A stretch of DNA of 64,000 bases, taken from assembly GCF_006345805.1 (NCBI RefSeq), contig NW_021835987.1:1-64000 (forward strand), written 5' to 3'. The notes beneath the pieces are model-generated. The model saw only the letters and a program-made list of their open reading frames with translations, was not told the DNA's origin and made no database searches. Below are positions 54,770-64,000 of the stretch, one piece after another (the first letter of the stretch is position 1; each line of letters begins with the position of its first letter). Source of the stretch: Octopus sinensis. Its lineage: Eukaryota. The position numbers were made by a program, and so were the translations under genes.

Positions 54770-57700
54770 AATGTTTTTGGAAACTAAAAGGAAAACTAAA
54801 TCAGTATACCAAATCGCTTGTCCTATGGTTAATCTGGAAGCGCGTCCCCCAGGGAAGAGCCAGCCTGGGATCGAAAAGTCATCAACTGGCACAAACTCTT
54901 CTCCGAATACGGATGGTCACTTGAACGGGAAATTCCCCAACTCGAGCCCTCCAAGTTCACCACCATAACCACCACAGAAAGAAAAATGTAAGCGGAACAA
55001 ATGGACCCGAGAAGAGTATAAAGAAGTAATATACGCTTATTACTATGCATTAGGTAGGCCATCTCAAGAGAGACACACCGCAAACTCTTACAGTATATGG
55101 AGAACACGGAATCAAGACAGTAGGCCCTATTTGGACGAGAACAAATTAGCAAATGTGAGGAGGGATATCCTTAGAAATAACAGACTCACAGACAGTGAAA
55201 TAAGCGCGATCAAGCACGCAACGGAAAATGACATAAAGATAAGACACATAGGAAATGAAGAATCAGATGAACAGTATAGCCCGCCACGAGGCTTAATTGA
55301 AAGACTGCCATCTGACCAAAGTACGCAAAGGCCTGAAGATACAAGAAATTCTATTGTACCTGTTAAAGATAGCCAGGAAAACGATAAAACAACAGTAACT
55401 GAAGATCTCGCATTAGCTGAAGAACACAGAGAGTCTATGGCAGAAATGAGGCAGAAAATCCTGAATACGCTTGAAGTTGTAAGACATACAAGTATGAATG
55501 ATAGAGAACCACTTCATAAACTCTCAAATACAAACAAAAAAAAAAAAAAATCCAAATTGGCAACTATGTAACAAATGAAATAATACAAGAATTAAAACCT
55601 GATTTTACTGAGTTAAATGAAATTATTTACGCTTCTGCTAGGGCAATTGAAACCAGCCGTATGCCCCCGAAAAAAAAAAGAAAACCAAACCTGGGAAGAA
55701 ATCAAACCTGGAGAAGTAAAATTGAAAAAGAGATTGAATTTATGAGAGGGGAAATATCAATATTAAATGAACTAATATGTGGAAATGATGTAAGATCCAG
55801 AACAGGAAGAAAGATGAAGAGAAAATTTGGATCCTCACCAAGAGAACTGATATCAATAAAAGAAACGCTGAAACAAAAAGTCCAAGCAAAAGCCCAAAGA
55901 ATACGAAGATTTGAGAAGAGAAACAAGTTTTACAAGCAAAATAAGCTGTTCACATCCAATGCCAAACAATTCTACAGAGAAATAGGGAAGGAGAAAATAA
56001 CCGTTAAAGACCCCCCTCCCATGGAAGAAGTTCAAAACTTTTGGAAAAGGATTTGGAGTGACAAGAAACGTAGAACATAATGCAGACTGGATTATACAAA
56101 CTGAAGGATCCTACCAAAATTTACAACAACAAGCATGGGAAGACATCACAATAGCAGACCTAAGAAAGGCACTCACGAAGGCCCATAATTGGAAATCCCC
56201 CGTAAAGATAGGGTGCCGAATTTCTGGCTCGCATCGCTCCCATGCGCACATGGTAAGCTAGTTCAGCTGCTCAATGGAATTATGAGAGACCCAAAGAAAA
56301 CACCTGAATGGTTAGCAAGTGGTATTACTTACCTACTCCCAAAGAATAACGAAACCAACCTTCCAAAAAACTATCGGCCTATAACCTGTCTATCCACCAC
56401 GTATAATATCCTAACATCTATCCTGGCGGAGAAAACATATGCATTCATGGAGAAGAACGATATTTTCCCTATCGAACAAAAAGGGTGCCGCCGAGGCTCT
56501 TATGGATGCAAAGATCAACTGCTAATTAATCGTATGATCCTCGAGAACTGTCACAACAAGCGCAGAATTCTCAGCGCCGCATGGATTGACTATAAAAAGG
56601 CCTTCGACAGTATACCGCATCCATGAATCTTGAGATCGCTGGACATCTTCAAAATTTCCCCTGTGATTTCAAACTCCCTGAAGCACAATATGTCGTTGTG
56701 GAATACGAATCTCCAATTATACCACTCTAATGGAGTACTTGCCTCAGAAAATATAAACATCAACTGTGGAATTTTTCAAGGTGACTCACTTTCACCTCTA
56801 ATATTCTGCATAGCCCTAATACCCCTTACAAGTGAACTAAACAGAACAGGGTATGGGTATAAAATTGCCAATAAAAAAATAAGCCATCTATTTTATATGG
56901 ATGACTTAAAACTCTATGGTAAGACAATGATGAACTTGAAGGCCTATTGCGCACCGTGAAAGCATTCAGCGATGACATCGGGATGGAGTTTGGGCTTGAG
57001 AAGTGTGCCAAGGCCACTTTCCAGAAAGGGAAAGTGAAGACCACAAATTCTGTCGTGTTAGATGTTGACACAGTCATAAGAGAGCTTGATCAAGAACAAA
57101 CATACAAATATTTAGGGATAAATGAAGGCTCTGGTATTCAGCATGCAAGCATGAAAGAGAAGATCAGGAAGGAATGTTATAGGAGAGTTCGTGCAGTCCT
57201 GAAATCTGAACTAAATGCACGTAACAAGGTGTTAGCTATAAATTCCTTAGCAGTTCCAGTTGTTACCTATAGCTACAAGGTGTTGAACTGGTATATGAGT
57301 GAAGTAAAGAATATAGACAGGAAAATACGCAAGATGCTGAGTTGTAATAGCATGCACCACCCAAAGGCAGACGTAGATCGCCTTTACCTTCCCAGAGCCC
57401 AAGGAGTTTGAGGCCTGATCCAATTTGAACTAGCTTACAAAACAACCACAATTGGACTGGCCAAATATCTTGAAATATCGAATGACTGGATGCTAAAGCT
57501 CGTGGAAAATCACGAGAGACGAAACAAGCTTCATTCTATCATAAAGGAAAGCAAAAAATTTGCTATTGATCTCGTGCAGGATACCCAAACTGAACAACCC
57601 GAGGGAAGTACGGCAACTATTGTTGCAAAGAAGGTGAAAATAATGGCAACGAAAAAAGCGCACGAGCAATTGGCTGATAGGTGGAAGGAGAAACCTCTGC

Positions 57701-58612
57701 ACGGCAAATATGTGGCCCGCAGCAAACGAGCTGATGTTGACCAGAAGCAAACCCATCAGTGGCTACGGAGCTCAGGGCTAAAAGCAGAGAGCGAAGGTTT
57801 CATCCTGGCTGCTCAAGACCAAAGCCTATTAACCCGGAACTACTAGGCCAATGTGATGAAAAATGGAGCAGACCCAAAATGCCGATTCTGCAACGACATG
57901 ATTAAAACAGTGGACCACCTAATCTCTGGATGTAAAGTCTTAGCACCAGTGGAGTATAAATTAAGACATGACAGAGTTGGCCAATATCTCCACTGGCTAA
58001 TAAGTCGGCATTACAATATCAAAACTGCCGACAAGTGGTATAATCACCACCCTGAGGCTGTAACTGAAGGAGAAAATGTAACGATTCTGTGGGACTTTCC
58101 AGTACATACAGACCGAACCATCAAGGCCAATAAACCAGATATTGTTGTGAAAGACCAAAACAATAAAGTTTGCTTATTGATCGACATGAGCATCCCCTGT
58201 GATCATAATATCTCAGCGAAAGAGTTTGACAAGCTCAGAAAATATAAAGACCTACTCATTGAAATTGAGAAAATGTGGCATCTCAAGGCGGTTACAATAT
58301 CAGTGATCGTAGGAGCACTAGGAATGATCAAGAAGGGAACCGAAAATTATATGAGAATGATCCCTAGCTTAACATCCCTGCAAGAAGTGCAAAAGATTGT
58401 CTTAACTGGTACATCACACGTATTGAGAAGAGCATTGTCGATGTGAGAACTGTTGCTGCTCATGTATTTTAATATAACTTAAAAAAAAAAAATGAACGAA
58501 CTATTGAGTTTGGTTTAATGGCCTACCAATGTATACTATGGGTTTCTTTGCCCTAGGAGTCGGGAAGACACTCGGCAAGAAATGGAAGCAAATTTGAAAG
58601 AAGAAAAAAAAG
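54770..58612 (+). mobile_element. Near full-length R4/Dong-like non-LTR retrotransposon (RT plus restriction-like endonuclease), several frameshifts and stops, antisense within intron 1 of gene C
   Basis: Consecutive ORF pieces with KKWTREEYKEV, YRPITCL, DYKKAFDS, QGDSLSPLIFC, YMDDLKLY, HHPKADVDRLY, CCHC knuckle CRFC...DHLISGC and RLE KPD..D. 3' UTR ends in (AAT)n at about 58613. Confidence 0.88.
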
Positions 58613-58623
58613 TAATAATAATG

Positions 58624-58654
<31 letters not shown>

Positions 58655-59039
58655 TAATACTCTTACACAAATTCTGCTTGTTTCTCTTTTCCTAAGCTCA
58701 TTCGTAACTCTTTCACATGATTAGCTGAAAGTGGAAGGAGGGGAAGGTTGGGAAGAGGGAGAGTGGTGGTGAGTGAAACGTGTTACTTTTTTAACACGTT
58801 TTTAGCCGATCTCTAACGCATTCATGTATTGTGTTGAGGGTAAAGGCGAACAGTGAAAAAAAAAGAGTAGAAAGAAAAAGAGGATAAGGCTAAGAATGAG
58901 AGAGAAGGAAGGAGAGTGCTGTGTGTTAAGTCTATGAATTGGTGTATAAAGTATATAAAGTATATATAATAAAGTGCGTTAAATAATCATTGTATTGCAG
59001 CTTCCTTCAGTTTTCTTCAATGAGTAGCAGATGAGCGAC

Positions 59040-59475
59040 TATCTTTCGATACAGACACAACACAGGCTACACTTTCAGGTTTTGGGGATAAAGATTTCAG
59101 AATAACCAAAAAAGTTCACCATTAATTCTGTGATATATTCAGGGGCCGTGGCGATCACCTGACCAGACATCGGAGAGTGGGCAATGTTGTGGTGAATTAA
59201 AAAGAAAGTATATGTATCATAATCGACATAGCATGCCCCAGGGACAACAGGATCAATGCGAAAGAAGAAGAAAGAGCAAGCACCTATGACGACTTAAAGT
59301 GGCAAACACGAAGGTTGTGGTCAATGAAGAGAGTAGACTTGATGAAAATAGTAATTGGTGCACTTGGATGTATCAACATGACTGAAAATGATCGGTGAAA
59401 GTGTGAAGGTAGAACGCCTACAAAACTCAGCATTGCTTGGAACTGCAAGAATTCTTTGCAGGGTTCTTGAAGCAT
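59040..59475 (+). mobile_element. Old R4-like RLE-domain remnant
   Basis: IIDIACPRDNRINAKEEE...YDDLKWQ.RRLW...VIGALG-type motifs, with stops. Confidence 0.6.
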
Positions 59476-60641
59476 GACCTGTACATTGTTTTGTCTTGGT
59501 ATAAAAGATGATCTACAGCCCATATTCTGCTCCATGCCACAGATTTGCTTGCCAGTTGCTTGACCATAACAGGTTGAGCATGTCCCTTAGTGGGCTGCGA
59601 TATATGCAAATCTGATCACGAGCAGATGTAGTGGGGAACATCATAGCCATGTTTTGAAAGCAATTCTTTGGGGTTTGAATAATTCGCCTCTGAAAACATG
59701 CGAGTTCTGTTCATCATTCTTAAACAAACATTATTCATGGAACTTTTGAGCAGGATGGGCTAATCAACCTGAAGAAAATTCTAACTGGACCCTATCTGCA
59801 AGGTCGTGCGTTGTTTATATTGATATGAGGTCACCATGCCACGCATATATGTTTGTGATGTATGTGCCTGTTGTACCCTTATCAGACGGGTAGTCATGAT
59901 AGGGTATACTGGGCTTTGTACATTTTACCCCAGTGTCACTTTGATGGCATGCACTGCTCTCTCACTCAATAATGCCAACAATAATAATAATAACAATAAT
60001 AATAATAATAATAATAATAAAATAATAATAATAATAATAATAACAATAATAACAATAATAATAATAACAATAATAATAATAATAATAATAATAATAGATG
60101 CAGTACCAGGCAGTGGCATGGCTTCTGATCTTAACTGATTGGAAGTGTTATCATGTACATTGTTTTGTCTTGGTATAAAAGATGGGCTACAGCAAATATT
60201 CTGCTCAATACCACAGATTTGCTTGTCAGTTGTTTGACCTTAACCAGTTGAGCATGTCCCTTCGTGGCTGACAATATGTGCATCTCTGATCACGAACAGA
60301 AGTAGTGGGGGAGCATCATAGCCATGTGTTGAGAGGGATTCTTTGGGGTTTGAATAGTTCACCTCTGGAAACATGGGTGGTTCTTTCAACATCCTTAAAC
60401 AACCCTTATTCAGGGACCGTTTGAGCGGGATGGGCTACTCAATCTGAAGAAAATTCTAACTGGGCCCCACCTGCAAGGTCATGTGCTGTTTATCTTGATA
60501 TGAGATCACCATGTCGCGCACATATGGTTGTGATGCATGTGCCTGGTGTACCTTTATCAGACGGGTAGTCATGATGGGTATATTGGGCTTCGTATATTTT
60601 ACCCCAGTGTCACTTTGATGGCATGCACTGCTCTCTCACTC

Positions 60642-60676
<35 letters not shown>

Positions 60677-61449
60677 TGACGATGACGATGACGACGATGA
60701 TGATGATGATAACGAGGCTCCTTTCTATTAAAGCATAAGGCTTGGAATTTTGTGGCTCTGGTTTCAAACTGTACCCACTTGGGAAAACTCGATGCGGGAA
60801 TAATGAGGTTACTCTTAACAATAATCTCTTTCATGTAAGCCTAGGTAAAGTTGTAGTACCTGAAAGCCCAAGAGGTGACCTTGAAATACCAGGCTGGCAT
60901 ATGACAGGGGCTGGGCAACCAATTTACGGATGATGTCTCAACAAAAATAACGGTGATTGTATCACCTCATTATCGCAACACTCTGTATGAGTGAAAATGC
61001 CAAATAGAAAATGATCTGAACAATAGTGAGAATGAGATTTGAATAGTGAACGGTGAAGATCTCTCGCCCGGCAGGGTAGGTCCGGCCGTCATCTAGCGAC
61101 TGTAGTACGAAGGAGGAAAGGAAGAAAGACGGATTGCATTGCTGAAGGAATGTTACATCCGGAAAGAAAAACAGCAGAATGAAGATGTGGTTAAAAAGGG
61201 AATGTTTGCTGTAACTCGACAAAGACTAAGTGAACAAGAACGACAAATAAAATTGAAATGCTGGTTAACAGCAATAGAAACAATAATATCAGCAACAGCA
61301 ACAATATGGTTTCGAAATCTTGGCCAGCAATTTCGAGGGTAGATGAGTAGGTAAGTCGATTTCATCGACCGCTGATGTTCAACTGGTACTTTGATCTGAC
61401 CGAACAATGTAAAAATAAGTCAACAGAATAATAAAGAAGATTCACTTAC

Positions 61450-61749
61450 ATCTATAGAAGGAAATCTCGTTGGGTCATTCGTGATGGACGACTGTCATTA
61501 TATCTCGGTGTAATGAGTAATTCTTACAAAACACGGCTGACTTTGTGTAGTAAAGAATTCTGATTGTCTCTGTAGAGCGATGCCGCTACATTCCAGTAGA
61601 CTTGATACGGTGTGGAATCGTTCTGTTGGAGGTGTCCCAATATAATCATAGGAATAACCAGGTCCCAAACGATTGTAGTAAGCTTCATCAAATTCCTGAT
61701 CTGAGGTGACAGCCAGGATTGTTGTAAGAGCTAACAGCAGCACTTCCAT
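61450..61749 (-). pseudogene. Gene C exon 1, frameshifted (join complement 61749-61450, 52421-52243, 49196-49033, 48455-48298, 47945-47878)
   Basis: MEVLLLALTTILAVTSDQEFDEAYYNRLGPGYSYDYIGTPPTERFHTVSSLLECSGIALQRQSEFFT, then several small indels in about 61560-61470 and a premature TAA at 61500-61498. Exon is 300 nt rather than 3n+1. Donor T|gtaagt is intact. Could be assembly error. Confidence 0.75.
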
Positions 61750-63000
61750 TGCAGCAGGACGGGTAAAGGGAAACAGGGACATTCTTGGCTTTGAGATTAT
61801 TAGAGGGAGACAGAAAGGGAAAGAAATGGTGTGAAAGAAAGAACGAATGGGATGAGGAGAGTTATGAGGAGATTCAGCAAGGGGACAAGATGAATTTTAA
61901 TTTATGAAGAGGCAACGGGTAAGAGAAAGATAGAAAGGGTCGCAAAGCGTGAAAGAGTAACAGAAAATTATCCTGAAAAAGAAGAGAGAGATACAATTAG
62001 AAGATGGAGAGTGTTTGTGTGTGAGTGGAAGAATGTTTGGAAAAGAAAACGAAAAAAAAAATTAAAATTTAGAAACATAGGTGTTGGGAAGTCTTCAAAA
62101 TTGAATTCAGTATGGGGCCCTAATTGGAAATTTCCAGGGTTTTAAAGAGTTTAGAATCGTCTCTTAACCAGTGTTGTTCCAAGGTCTTATCTGACAAGGA
62201 GACGAAGTACTCAAGGTCCCAGCTATTCTATAGGACAACCCCCAATCCATGTTAAAATAAAAAAATACACAAATTAAAAACCAAAAACAAAACTGTCCTA
62301 AAAAATCATAACATAACCCTATACTCCCTCTAACATCTAAAAACGGACAAACAATCAACACAACAATAGATATCCTTAAACTAACCACTTCCCCTAATTT
62401 ATTAGGAAGTGGGCGCAAAATAGCGTAAGCAAACAAAAAATATAATTCAGGCTTAATATGAATAGGTGTAACTAAAGGATTTGCAGGAATAAAATTCTCA
62501 GCATCTCCCAACATATTAGGAAACAATAAACTCAACTCAACTAATGCAAATAATATTACAAGAAACCCTAAAATATATTTATATCTATGATAATGATGTA
62601 AAGGAATTTTATCTAAATCTCTATTTAATCCCAGCGGATTATTTGAACCTCCTTCATGCAAAAATAAAAAAATGTAAAATAACCAATCCCACAATAATAA
62701 GAGGAAATAAAAAATGAAAACAAAAAAACCGACTCAAAGTAGAAAATCCTCCTCAAATTCAGTATACCAACACCTCCCCAATATAAGGAACAACAGAAAC
62801 TAAATTAGTATTTACCGTAGCCCCCCAAAATGATATCTGACCTCAAGGTAAAACATAACCTACAAATCCAGTTAACATCACCAAAATATATAACATCACC
62901 CCAACATTTCAAGTATAAATACTTATGTATGAACCATAATATAAACCACGACCAATATGCATATATAAACAAATACAAGAAAAAAAAGATGCTACATAGG

Positions 63001-63402
63001 TGTAGGAGTGGCTGTGTGGTAAGTAGCTTGCTTACCAGCCACATTGTTCTGGGTTCAGTCCCACTGCGTGGCATCTTGGGCAAGCGTCTTCTACTATAGC
63101 CTCAGACCAACCAAAGCCTTGTGAGTGTATTTGGTAGACGGAAACTGAAAGACGCCCGTCGTATATATGTATATATATATAAATATATATATATATATGT
63201 ATGTGTATATGTTTGTCCCCCCAACATCGCTTGACAACCGATGCTGATGTGTTTACGTCCCTGTGACTTAGCGGTTCGGCAAAACAGACCGATAGAATAA
63301 GTACTAGGCTTACAAAGAATAAGTCCTGGGGTCGATTTCCTCGACTAAAGGCGGTGCTCCAGCATGGCCACAGTCACATGACTGAAACAAGTAAAAAAAA
63401 AA
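63001..63402 (+). mobile_element. tRNA-derived SINE (abundant family 1) inserted in the NUMT; other copies near 1565-1800(-), 6735-6968(-), 9118-9475(-), 9480-9825(+), 11470-11805(+), 28735-28960(+)
   Basis: Head ggagtggctgtgtggtaagtagcttgc...gggttcagtcccactgcg (A/B-box-like), shared body gtagacggaaactgaaagaagcccgtcg, tail gcggtgctccagcatggccacagtc...gaaacaagt plus polyA. Confidence 0.85.
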
Positions 63403-63544
63403 ATTAGCATGAATATAACGGAATACCCACCCATAATTAACATCTCGTATAATATGAATAACAGAATCAAAAGAATACTCAATACATGATGTATAATGTA
63501 TCGCAAAAAAAAATACCTCTTATTAACTGAATAATCAAACACAA

Positions 63545-63940
63545 GGCAGAGGCGCAATGGCCCAGTGGTTAGGGCAGCGGACTCGCGGTCGTAGGATCGC
63601 GGTTTCGATTCCCAGACCGGGAGTTGTGAGTGTTTATTGAGCGAAAACACCTAAAGCTCCACGAGGCTCCGGCAGGGGATGGTGGTGATCCCTGCTGTAC
63701 TCTTTCATCACAACTTTCTCTCACTCTTACTTCCTGTTTCTGTTGTACCTGTATTTCCAAGGGCCGGCCTTGTCACTCTCTGTGTCGCGCTGAATATCCC
63801 CGAGAACTTCGTTAAGGGTACACGTGTCTGTGGAGTGCTCAGCCACTTACACGTTAATTTCACGAGCAGGCTGTTCCGTTGATCGGATCAACCGGAACCC
63901 TCGTCGTCGTAACCGACGGAGTGCTTTAAGGAAAAAAAAA
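63545..63940 (+). mobile_element. tRNA(Arg)-like SINE (family 2) with TSD; other copies near 8630-8935(+), 12136-12303(+), 26305-26525(-), 49378-49606(-)
   Basis: ggcgcaatggcccagtggttagggcagcggactcgcgg...ggtttcgattccc head and A-rich tail. Flanked by t(c/g)aaacacaa at 63535-63544 and 63941-63950. Confidence 0.85.
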
Positions 63941-64000
63941 TGAAACACAAACCTAATAAAGAACCAAAATTTCACCAAATAAACAAATTAACAGGTGATG

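Larger units (their letters stand above)
62225..64000 (-). pseudogene. cytb: NUMT: mitochondrial cytochrome b fragment split by two SINEs (segments about 62225-63000, 63403-63544, 63941-64000)
   Basis: Cytb motifs in order on the minus strand: [114 protein letters not shown]. Contains indels and has nuclear flanks. Confidence 0.93.

Noticed and set aside
62164-62694. Functional cytb or a mitochondrial contig join
   Set aside because: Indels, substitutions at conserved residues and two SINE insertions show a nuclear pseudogene.

Overview
AT-rich, microsatellite-dense eukaryotic DNA, almost certainly from an octopus (inferred from a cephalopod-type cytb NUMT, tRNA-derived SINEs typical of octopods, and the heavy simple-repeat load). 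The main content is a cluster of a 5-exon secreted-protein gene family, hidden in the ORF track because the exons are short. Each protein is about 282-284 aa: signal peptide, a degenerate two-Cys PAN/Apple-like domain, and a ~180-aa Trp/Cys-containing C-terminal domain I cannot name. Gene A (+, 2441-10782) and gene B (-, 29296-24840) splice to open reading frames with consistent phases. Gene C (-, 61749-47878) has a frameshifted exon 1. Copy D (-, 1125-962) is a lone exon 3 with a mutated donor. B and C sit in a large segmental duplication whose introns are about 96% identical by hand count while exons 3 and 4 are only about 77-83% identical, mostly at non-synonymous sites, which points to diversifying selection. 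In gene A one G>T change appears to create both a stop codon and a new in-phase splice donor that removes it. The rest is mobile DNA (R4/Dong-like, Tx1-like and CR1-like LINEs, Penelope-like fragments, Tc1/mariner remnants, SINEs, a MITE, a 248-bp palindrome), tandem repeats, and a SINE-interrupted cytb NUMT upstream of gene C. All coordinates and counts are manual and unverified computationally.
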